From a virus (taxonomy: Duplodnaviria > Caudoviricetes), in the IMG/VR virus record IMGVR_UViG_3300036779_000065, positions 1-26,207 of that record: DNA of 26,207 nucleotides; one strand, given 5' to 3'. Shown here piece after piece: positions 1 to 7,586 of this stretch. Numbering within the stretch: the stretch's first letter is position 1; the number at the start of each line of letters is the position of its first letter. A program made the position numbers and the translations under genes. A model generated the notes under the pieces. It was not told where the DNA came from. It worked only from the letters and a program-made list of their open reading frames with translations, and did not search any database.

Positions 1-1168
1 CAGGCTGGCCCGGTTGTGGCTGGTTTGGCTGTGGCTGATTTTGCTGATCGCCTGAACTTAAGACGTGGGAAGAATTTTGAGCAGCAACTAAGGGGCCACC
101 TCCGGCCTTAACTATCTGGGGGACAGGGACTATATTTGTCCCTCCTTTACTTCCGTAGAAAGCAAAAGCCGCTTGCCTTTGGCCATTAGCGTCAGGCGGG
201 CCCCCTTGGGGTAGATAGACCGCCCGCTTGATATCGGTATCCAGATTGTGCTGGGCCCAGGTCTTAGCCTCGACTGCGCTTAAAACTGGTCCCTGGTTAC
301 TGTTCTGCCAACTGGTTAAATTCTGTTGTTCAAGCTGGCGCTGAGCCTGCACTTCTGGACTCAGCACGCCAGCACCCTGCTGCGGAGCAAAAGCCTGAGC
401 CTGGGCTTCGGGCGAATACGGGATATGGGCAGGGAGAGCGGAAGACAATCTCTGATCTTGAGGCGATTGCTGCTGAGCTGGAATCGGCGGGGGCGGAATG
501 GCATTAGTAGGAGAGAAATAATTCGTAGGCTGTGGCGCTACGGGCTGATCTTGAGATTCCACTTCGCCGCCAGCTTGGTAACCTTGGTAGGAATAGCCTG
601 GGCTAGGCGCGATTCTAGAGTAATCAGGACCGAACGCATCAGTGTTTGCATCTCCCGTGCTAAACTGCCTCGTCCACCATGGCTGCGTGTTCTGCGTGTT
701 AGAGACCGCAGGGTTAGGATTATTGTTGGTAGTGGTGTTGGTAGTGGTAGTATTTCCGCTCTGGGGAGGGACGGAATTCGGATCAACCGCAGTCTTGGAG
801 CCGCTGCCGGTTTCTTTAATTAGTGGACCAGCCAGCTTTTGGCGCAAGAGCGGGTTCTCATAAGCGGGCTGCAGCCCAAACTGGTTTCCCTGCACATAGC
901 CCTGGCTTGCCATAATATATTGGTTCTTGGTGGCCCCAGCCAAGAACTGTCTACCAGCATCAGAGCTGGCCACATCCATCTTCATCTTGGCGATAGTCGA
1001 TGGATTCAGATAATGCAGAATGTTGGATCCGGCTGACTCGATTGCCTGGAGCATCGGTCCATAGTTGGCATACTGCACCGGAGTAAAATGAAGCTGGGTA
1101 ACAGAAGGGTTATAAAGACCTTGGGTCTGTATTCCAGCCGGTTCGTGTTTAGTTTCTTCTCCTGCCAT
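1..1168 (-). CDS. Putative internal virion/DNA ejection protein, 3' end outside window (MAGEETKHEPAGIQTQGLYNPSVTQ...), at least 389 aa
   Basis: Not in the ORF track. Translated by hand from ATG at 1168-1166; no stop before the window edge. Q/P/N/G/T-rich, contains YQAGGEV, starts 14 nt after the stop of 1183..3195. Position matches the third ejection gene of P22-like phages (inference). Confidence 0.75.
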   Translation of the reverse strand, partial: MAGEETKHEPAGIQTQGLYNPSVTQLHFTPVQYANYGPMLQAIESAGSNILHYLNPSTIAKMKMDVASSDAGRQFLAGATKNQYIMASQGYVQGNQFGLQPAYENPLLRQKLAGPLIKETGSGSKTAVDPNSVPPQSGNTTTTNTTTNNNPNPAVSNTQNTQPWWTRQFSTGDANTDAFGPDYSRIAPSPGYSYQGYQAGGEVESQDQPVAPQPTNYFSPTNAIPPPPIPAQQQSPQDQRLSSALPAHIPYSPEAQAQAFAPQQGAGVLSPEVQAQRQLEQQNLTSWQNSNQGPVLSAVEAKTWAQHNLDTDIKRAVYLPQGGPPDANGQRQAAFAFYGSKGGTNIVPVPQIVKAGGGPLVAAQNSSHVLSSGDQQNQPQPNQPQPGQP

Positions 1169-1182
1169 ATGCGTAAAGGGTG

Positions 1183-3195
1183 TTAACTCAGATAGCCGCC
1201 GGTGTAGTCTTCCCCGCCCTGATCATGTGGCTGGGCCATAAGGACATAGCCTCCCTGAGTATTAGGTCTGTTCACCTGATGGCCTTGCAAGACGATATCA
1301 GGAGTCTGTCTTTTGAAATCGGAAGGACTGGGGATCGCGCTTTGAATCGGCCTGTATGGCTGGCTAGCGCCTTTCGTCAAAGCTTGAGCCAAGCTTGAGC
1401 CCACTTGCCCAATAGCGCCAGCAATATTACCGGCAACTCCTGCCGCCGGACTGGCTCCAGTATTGATGCCGTAGGTCTTCGGGTCATAGGCTTCGCCTTG
1501 GCCTGCCGGTAAGCCAACTAGTTCAGCTCGCGGAGCTGCACCGTAACCTGCCGGAGCCGAGACGAGACTGGCTCGCGGGGCATAGTCGGTGTAAGCAGGG
1601 GTTCCTGTCTGGGGAGTTGCTGTCTGGGGAGTTGTTAGATTTTGCAGATAGCGCTGCACCTCATTAACATTCCCATTCTGCGCAATATAGGCTTGGCCCT
1701 GCGGCGTATGTCCGTATTGAGATAACCATTGGTCGAGCGAACCGGAATAACCGGGTTGTCGCTGCTGCTGCTGCGGCTGGCCTGCAGGCGCAGCCGGTGC
1801 CTGGGGATGAACCTGGGTAGTAGTAGCAGCGGGGCTGCTCATGCCCCCCATCTGTGCCGACATCGGAGTAGGACTTCCAGAGGAACCCTGGTAGTTGTTA
1901 ACCAGTTGATTGTATTTCTGCTGAACCCGTTGTCCCCCGGCCCCGCCTCCTTGAAGAGCAACTTGCTCCTGCGGTGTGAGCTGGTTAAAAGCGTAGCTTT
2001 GGGCGTCTGAGCTTTGGGCGTTTGTGTTTTGGGGGTCTGCGCCTAGTGAATAGCTAGAAGAAGGACTAGTGCCAGGAATCTCGCCGCCGCCCTGCATATG
2101 AATGGGCCCCCCTGCGTTAAGTTGGTCTAAACGCCCGCGCCCGATCTGTTGGGCCGCATCTCGGTTAAGCACGTATTCGCCTGGAGTCAGCATGGCTGGG
2201 ACCGTGTCGGTGTTGCCTACTGAACCGCCTCCCGCCATATGTTTAATCGCCGTCCCGTATCCAGGAGGCAAACTAGCTGGCCCTGGAGGCGTTGCATTCG
2301 GTGAAAGGCCAGAGATCGGCCCAAAAGGCGATCCAGCAATAGCATTTCCTGGCGCTGCCGGAGGCTGCGGGAGAGTCCCAGTGCTAGCCGGAATCTGAGG
2401 AGAAACCTGCGGCGTCTGCAGTGTCGGAATCTGGGGAGGAGTTGCAAAGGGCACACCCGAAGTGGCCTGGGCTCCGGTCGGCTGCGCCGTTGGGTTCATA
2501 TAAAGACCCTGTTGCTGGTTCTGCAGGATTTGATTCTGTTCCTGCGAATAACCCTGCCTCGCACCCAACCTCATGCCCTGCCCCCGCATATAGGCGTTTT
2601 GCTGCGTCGGAGTCATGTTCCCCCAATTAGGATTGGTGTTCGCAGGCTGTGTTCTCATGGGGCCACTAATGGTCGGCGCAAGAGGCTGGATCGCATTAAA
2701 GACGCTGCCAAGTTGCGGGTTAATCGTCGGCATCTTCTGGCCGCTGATGTCGTAGTTCGTCGGCCCGCTAACTGGGGTCACTCCACTTTGCTGAAACTGA
2801 TTGCCCGGACTACTTCCACTCCCCGGCGTTGCGTTAACCGTCATGGAGTTACTGGGGTTAAGCCCGACTGCTCTCAAGGCTTGAGCACCCAGTAGGTTAG
2901 ATGCGAAAGCCGGGTCTTGCGCGCCGCTTAACTGGATCGTGCCCGGAGGAGGTCCCTGCTGGCCACCACCTTGGCCTCCTCCGGCCAAGGCTTGATAAAA
3001 TCCGGGTGGAACGTAGGGCCCTCCGCCTGCCATCTGGCTACCAGCCATGCCAAATGTGGAACCGTACTGTTGCGCCAGTTGGCCGACTTGGCTTATAGGA
3101 ACATTCAGGGCTTGCAGCTGGTCACTGATGGCAGTGCCGTACTGACTGGAAACTTGGTCCCAGTTATTAAATGTTTGGGGTGAACCATCAGCCAT
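1183..3195 (-). CDS. Putative internal virion/DNA ejection protein, 670 aa, G/Q/P-rich
   Basis: Long low-complexity ORF containing GGSVGNTDTVPAMLTPGEYVLNRDAAQQIGRGRLDQLN, which matches the 'D.VPAML..GE(F/Y)V....A....G...L..LN' motif of phage tape-measure/ejection proteins. Lies downstream of the tail genes. Confidence 0.7.
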   Translation of the reverse strand: MADGSPQTFNNWDQVSSQYGTAISDQLQALNVPISQVGQLAQQYGSTFGMAGSQMAGGGPYVPPGFYQALAGGGQGGGQQGPPPGTIQLSGAQDPAFASNLLGAQALRAVGLNPSNSMTVNATPGSGSSPGNQFQQSGVTPVSGPTNYDISGQKMPTINPQLGSVFNAIQPLAPTISGPMRTQPANTNPNWGNMTPTQQNAYMRGQGMRLGARQGYSQEQNQILQNQQQGLYMNPTAQPTGAQATSGVPFATPPQIPTLQTPQVSPQIPASTGTLPQPPAAPGNAIAGSPFGPISGLSPNATPPGPASLPPGYGTAIKHMAGGGSVGNTDTVPAMLTPGEYVLNRDAAQQIGRGRLDQLNAGGPIHMQGGGEIPGTSPSSSYSLGADPQNTNAQSSDAQSYAFNQLTPQEQVALQGGGAGGQRVQQKYNQLVNNYQGSSGSPTPMSAQMGGMSSPAATTTQVHPQAPAAPAGQPQQQQRQPGYSGSLDQWLSQYGHTPQGQAYIAQNGNVNEVQRYLQNLTTPQTATPQTGTPAYTDYAPRASLVSAPAGYGAAPRAELVGLPAGQGEAYDPKTYGINTGASPAAGVAGNIAGAIGQVGSSLAQALTKGASQPYRPIQSAIPSPSDFKRQTPDIVLQGHQVNRPNTQGGYVLMAQPHDQGGEDYTGGYLS

Positions 3196-3197
3196 AA

Positions 3198-4523
3198 CTA
3201 TTCCTTTGCTGCGGCTAGCCGACTCAAAGCCACTGCCAACTCGCGTTTATTATTGAACCCGGTTTCTAACAAATAAGCTTCCTGGGAGCTTTTCAGCTCT
3301 AAGCCTTCTCGATCAAATTGCTCCTGCAATAGTTTCCAGGCTGAGGTTTCTATGTCTACTTCCCGCTCGTCGATCCCCATTCTTTCAATCTGAGCCTCTT
3401 TCTGCGCGGCCTTAATCGCCCAGTAATCGAAGCCCTGGTGACTGCGCAAATAGTCAAGGATCGCACAAGTGTTGCGCCGGGAATGCTTGGAGGAACTCAG
3501 GGAGTGCTGCAGCTTGCGGATCCGGGCATTCTGTACCATTAGCCGGTCATACTCGCCTCGAGTCCAGCCGTTGTTAGCTAACATGTTACTAAAATCCTCG
3601 ATGCTCTTAATCTCGCACCGGCTCTGGAAGCGGGCCGATTCCATTTCGACCTCACTCAAATCGACTGTGACTAACAAAGCATTGCATAAGATTAGGGCCA
3701 GCTCTTGGTTGGCACTGTCCCAGCAAATGCGTTCGTATTCCGGGTTATGCAAAAGGACGTAGCTATCGATGTGCTGCTGGGCCAGGGACTGGCCGTTAAC
3801 CTCAATCCGCCGGTCCCGGTCGTAGAGGGCCTGAAAAGCGTGCGAAAGATGGTCGGGCCTGGGTTTAACTTTTACTTCTGGCAGATAATTCCAGAAGTTA
3901 GCCAGGGCCTCGAGCGCATCTAACTCTTTTTGCGGGATGCAGGGGAAACTAACTCCCAGGGCACCGGCCCACATCTCCTCACAAAGTTTCACGGTGCGCT
4001 GGCTGTAATGGATGGCCTGCATCACTTTTAAGAACTGCTCGACGGCCTCAGCCACATTCGGCGTGTCCCTAAACTCAGCCCGGTAATGCTCGACTCCGGC
4101 CCGGATATTGACTAGCGGGACCGTGAGTGCATCATAGGCTCCCCCTGGACGCTGCACATAGTTAAGTGCCACCTCGGAGTCATCTTCAGTGACGCCATTG
4201 TGATACCATTCGTAGATCTTGCCGATCCCGATCATGCCCAGGTAGTCCAGCTCAACCGCTCGCAGAGCACCAATAGAGGCGGCTCCGTAAATGGCTTTGA
4301 CGCCCGGATGCTGCAGCGCATAGACGATCTCCTTATGCCAGGGGCTCAAATTCTGCCGGAACTCGCCATCGATCAGGATCACAATGTTGGGATTGAGATT
4401 GATGACGTCGCTCGAGATATCGCCCTGACGAGCCGGTGGCCGAAAGATCGCTTCCGGTATAATCTTTTTGGCCTTTTCTAGTTCAAGGCTAGGGCCCAGG
4501 TAGACAAGGATCAGGTCGGACAT
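3198..4523 (-). CDS. tfuA: TfuA-family protein (YcaO partner for thioamidation) with a C-terminal extension of about 220 aa
   Basis: TfuA core motifs: VYLGPSL, PPARQGD, LIDGEF, WHKEI..AL, GAASIGALRAVEL...GMIGIGKIYEWY, EDDSEVA, PLVNIR, HY..RT, QKELDA. Overlaps ycaO by 13 nt. AAGGAGG lies upstream of the ATG. Confidence 0.93.
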   Translation of the reverse strand: MSDLILVYLGPSLELEKAKKIIPEAIFRPPARQGDISSDVINLNPNIVILIDGEFRQNLSPWHKEIVYALQHPGVKAIYGAASIGALRAVELDYLGMIGIGKIYEWYHNGVTEDDSEVALNYVQRPGGAYDALTVPLVNIRAGVEHYRAEFRDTPNVAEAVEQFLKVMQAIHYSQRTVKLCEEMWAGALGVSFPCIPQKELDALEALANFWNYLPEVKVKPRPDHLSHAFQALYDRDRRIEVNGQSLAQQHIDSYVLLHNPEYERICWDSANQELALILCNALLVTVDLSEVEMESARFQSRCEIKSIEDFSNMLANNGWTRGEYDRLMVQNARIRKLQHSLSSSKHSRRNTCAILDYLRSHQGFDYWAIKAAQKEAQIERMGIDEREVDIETSAWKLLQEQFDREGLELKSSQEAYLLETGFNNKRELAVALSRLAAAKE

Positions 4524-5731
4524 TCTTTATCCTCCTTAAGTTCTTCCAGTTTGCGCTGGGCATAGGAAAGGCAGCGCAGGCCCGGAGTCCAGTATTCGAA
4601 CCGGTGCGGCTCGCACTGAGGCGAAAAGACCCGCACTACGTGGAGGCAATCCGCATGCCGTCCTAAGTCCTTAACGAAGACCTCGCTAACGCCCCGGCTT
4701 TTAAGCAACTTCAGCAAATAACGTAATTCGCTTTTGATGTCAGGGAACTCGACCTTGCGATATTCGCTGATGGAAGAGCCGCGCTCTAACTCGTTAAACA
4801 TCTGGTTGAGCCTCGCCTGATCCATGCGCTTCATTAGCAAGAACTGGCGGCGTAAGAGATCATCGCGCGCGCCGGAGATGTAGCAGGCACGGCCCTGAAT
4901 GGCCTCGGTGATCGCCCGCAGAGCGGCGGTTTCCGCGTTCAGATGGCACCCGTATCCGGCAAAGGTTCCGGCACAGTTGCCGCTTAAATCCAAAATGGTC
5001 GCGGTAAAGACCGGCACCTGGTAATCGGTCGTGCAATCAAAGAGATGCAGCTTCAGCTCCTGCTCGTCTAACCGTTTAACGATGGCCTCAATCTCGGGGC
5101 ACAAACTAACTAGCGGCATCCGATTAGCTAAAATCCCCAAGTTCTCCATCATGTAGGTGTGGAGACTCCACCCGTCGCGTTCCACAATCTCGTAGAGCCC
5201 GGAAAGGATCGCATCTTCCAGGGTCGCGCCACCGGCTAAGCCGTTAGAGCCGATCTGGAAGTACATTAAAGGTTGGTCTTTTAGCCGGGGCACTATCCAG
5301 AGGAGATCGCTGGGGACAAATTTGACGGCCCCGTTCTGGATGTTAGTCGCCTCTTCCCAGGCCAGTGGCGTCAGCTCGTTAACAATCGAAGCCCGGATCG
5401 GAAAACAGTCCTCTACCGGCAGATGATCTTCTTCGGGCAGCTGGAGACTATTAGCCAGCCTGAAGTCACCAAAAGGGTGCTCAGCCACCTCGCATTCGAT
5501 GGCTTCCGCAATGGCTCCAGCGCGCGCATATTTCTTTTCCAGGCCTTTCCCAGAATGAATAGAAAGGGTCTGGGAAAGCGCCCTGGTAGTGGTAAAGACC
5601 GGCACTCCGATAGTGTCTAGTCCGGTCACATCAGCCACCCGCGAGATCGCGAACTTCTCCAGCAGCTCTTCGCGGGTCAGCCGGTTAAGGGCCTCGGCAC
5701 AAGCTTCACGTGACTCTAAGCGGGTAGGCAT
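4511..5731 (-). CDS. ycaO: YcaO-family ATP-dependent amide-activating enzyme, TfuA-associated (thioamide-forming) type
   Basis: SRVADVTGLDTIGVPV, SGKG...A.AGAIAEAIE, SNGLAGG...EDAILSGLYEIVERD, GYGCH...RAITEAIQGR..ISGARDD. Lacks the Pro-rich (PxP) C-terminus of azoline-forming YcaOs. Adjacent to tfuA. Confidence 0.95.
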   Translation of the reverse strand: MPTRLESREACAEALNRLTREELLEKFAISRVADVTGLDTIGVPVFTTTRALSQTLSIHSGKGLEKKYARAGAIAEAIECEVAEHPFGDFRLANSLQLPEEDHLPVEDCFPIRASIVNELTPLAWEEATNIQNGAVKFVPSDLLWIVPRLKDQPLMYFQIGSNGLAGGATLEDAILSGLYEIVERDGWSLHTYMMENLGILANRMPLVSLCPEIEAIVKRLDEQELKLHLFDCTTDYQVPVFTATILDLSGNCAGTFAGYGCHLNAETAALRAITEAIQGRACYISGARDDLLRRQFLLMKRMDQARLNQMFNELERGSSISEYRKVEFPDIKSELRYLLKLLKSRGVSEVFVKDLGRHADCLHVVRVFSPQCEPHRFEYWTPGLRCLSYAQRKLEELKEDKECPT

Positions 5732-7179
5732 ACGTAGGTTGTCCGGTCGGTCACCAGGGTCATTAATCCCCTCGCCAAGGCCCCTAGCAGCCTGTTTGCG
5801 CGCACTTTCGGAGCGAAGGAAGGTCCATACACTAGGTAGGTCTTGCGGACGATCCTGGGGGCTTTATTCATCAGCCAGTGCCGGAATACGCGCCATTTAG
5901 GCGACTCATCGCCAAAGGCAGCGCGGGCCACCCAGCAGGCACCAGCTGCAGTGGCTCCCACCATGGCCGCAGCCGAACCGGCTGAAACTACGGCTCCGGT
6001 CGTAGCCGCGCTCTGTTGGGCCTGCATCTGTTGGTTCTGGGCATTAAGCTGAGCCTGATTAAAGGCGATTCCGTTCATGGTCGCATAGTTGGCCTGTTGA
6101 AAACTGTTATAGGCTCCGGCCTGACCCAGCTCAGTCTGGGCCATATTGGTGCCACCAAGACCGAAGGGCCGCTTCTGGAACATGTTCCCAGAAGTCTGCA
6201 TGTTGAGCATCAGGTTCGTAGCCTGCTGGTTTTGCAGGTTGCCGTAGATGTTGGCCAATTGCCCTGTATCCATCTGGTACTGCTCCTGGGCCTGCTGGGC
6301 AGCGCCCGAAAGCTGGCCAGCCTGACCTGCGGTCTGAGCGCCCAGTCCAAGAGTTTGAGCCCCTTGACCGAGGGTGGTTGAACCTAATCCCAGAGTCTGC
6401 GCGCCAAGCCCTTGGAGCTGCCCACCCTGGCCCGCGATTGAAGCGGCTTGGGAGATGTCGCCCGTGCCCTCGGCCCGCATAGCCTGTCCATATTGCAAAG
6501 TATTGAGGCCCAACTGGCGCGCGGCTGCGGATTGTCCGGCCATCCCCTGGCCTAATGAGGCCGCACCTAAGCCAGCTCCCATCGTGGTTCCCAGTCCCGC
6601 CCGCATCATCTGCTGCTGGGTCTGAGGATCAATCGGCTCCTGCAAAAGTTGCTGGCCCAGGGCGTAAGGAGTCGCGGCCATTCCGGCGACTTGACCGCCC
6701 AGCTGACCGATCTGTGCACCTGCGTTAGTAATCGGCTGAGCCAGTCCGGCCTGTTGGCTACCCAGGCCCATGATCGGCTGAACTGCGCCACCCACGGTCT
6801 TAGCCGCGTTGCGGATAGCATTGATGTCGGTGGTCGTCGGAGTGCCTTGACGCCCTGTAATCTGGTTAGCTAAGCCGCCCATGACCGACTGGAGCCCACC
6901 CGTAGCCGCTCCGGCAGCGTTAACTTGGTTACCTAAGTTAGCTTGCCACTGTTGGTAGGCATTTTGGAGCGCGGGATAGCGGTTAGCAAAATCCGCGTCA
7001 CTTAAAGCGTAACTCTGGATATCGCCCCCGATAGCCATCTGGTTAAGGGCCTGGGAAGAGTTATAGTCAAAGCCCGGAGGAGTGCCTTGAGCCTTGAATT
7101 GACTACTGCCGCCACCTCCTCCTCCTCCGAATTCGAAGAAGGCCCATTTCCATAGCCAATCCCAAAGTCCCCGTCTCAT
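5716..7179 (-). CDS. Putative ejection/DNA transfer protein (P22 gp7 position), G/A/Q-rich, with a C-terminal CFI-box-CTERM-like domain
   Basis: Short aromatic N-terminal leader then Gly7; G/Q/A-rich body; hydrophobic Ala/Gly segment followed by CWVARAAFG...FR.WL...Y..YGP.FA. GAGGAGG ribosome-binding site and ATGA overlap with the upstream gene. Confidence 0.7.
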   Translation of the reverse strand: MRRGLWDWLWKWAFFEFGGGGGGGSSQFKAQGTPPGFDYNSSQALNQMAIGGDIQSYALSDADFANRYPALQNAYQQWQANLGNQVNAAGAATGGLQSVMGGLANQITGRQGTPTTTDINAIRNAAKTVGGAVQPIMGLGSQQAGLAQPITNAGAQIGQLGGQVAGMAATPYALGQQLLQEPIDPQTQQQMMRAGLGTTMGAGLGAASLGQGMAGQSAAARQLGLNTLQYGQAMRAEGTGDISQAASIAGQGGQLQGLGAQTLGLGSTTLGQGAQTLGLGAQTAGQAGQLSGAAQQAQEQYQMDTGQLANIYGNLQNQQATNLMLNMQTSGNMFQKRPFGLGGTNMAQTELGQAGAYNSFQQANYATMNGIAFNQAQLNAQNQQMQAQQSAATTGAVVSAGSAAAMVGATAAGACWVARAAFGDESPKWRVFRHWLMNKAPRIVRKTYLVYGPSFAPKVRANRLLGALARGLMTLVTDRTTYVCLPA

Positions 7180-7586
7180 TTTGCCTCCTCGTCAAAAATG
7201 TAGGCGTTTTCATCCGCCCGTTTGAGCCGGATTCGTCTCATGTTCTTTTCTCCAAACTCGGCGTCTTTTTTGCAGAGCATGAAAAGGGGATTGCCAACCA
7301 TGCGTTTAAACTCAGTCACAAGGCTGCGCACGATGTGCAGAAACTCGCGAGGACTGATCCGCTCCGGGTGCAGCGCCGGGTAAACCACGAATTGTTGAAC
7401 AGTTAGGAAATAACCAACCGGCTGACCGTGATAGAAGACGACGTAAACCGGGTACTGGCGTGGGCAGTCGCCATTCCACAGATCGCGGGAAAGAGAATCG
7501 ACATTCCACCGGCGCATCTCTTTTTCATTCTTGATGCAGATTAGGGAGATTCCCTCTTTGTCAGATGTTTTAGGCAAGTCTTGCAT
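7176..7586 (-). CDS. Hypothetical virion-assembly protein, possibly GNAT-like fold (P22 gp14 position)
   Basis: 136 aa, overlaps both neighbours. VYVVFYHGQPVGYF resembles a GNAT beta-hairpin. Sits between the tail and ejection genes. Confidence 0.5.
   Translation of the reverse strand: MQDLPKTSDKEGISLICIKNEKEMRRWNVDSLSRDLWNGDCPRQYPVYVVFYHGQPVGYFLTVQQFVVYPALHPERISPREFLHIVRSLVTEFKRMVGNPLFMLCKKDAEFGEKNMRRIRLKRADENAYIFDEEAK

Noticed and set aside
1605-1634. 15-bp tandem repeat CTGTCTGGGGAGTTG x2, and the GTAGTG-type repeats near 725-750
   Set aside because: In-frame coding micro-duplications (TPQTA/TPQTG; poly-Thr). No spacers, so not CRISPR.
1183-3195. True tape measure protein of a long-tailed phage
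   Set aside because: No tail tube, sheath, chaperone or baseplate genes; the protein is Pro-rich rather than helical; gene order is podoviral.
4511-5731. YcaO as an azoline-forming (TOMM/LAP) cyclodehydratase or a stand-alone E. coli-type YcaO
   Set aside because: No PxP C-terminus, E1-like partner, dehydrogenase or Cys/Ser/Thr-rich precursor; the adjacent tfuA points to the thioamide class.
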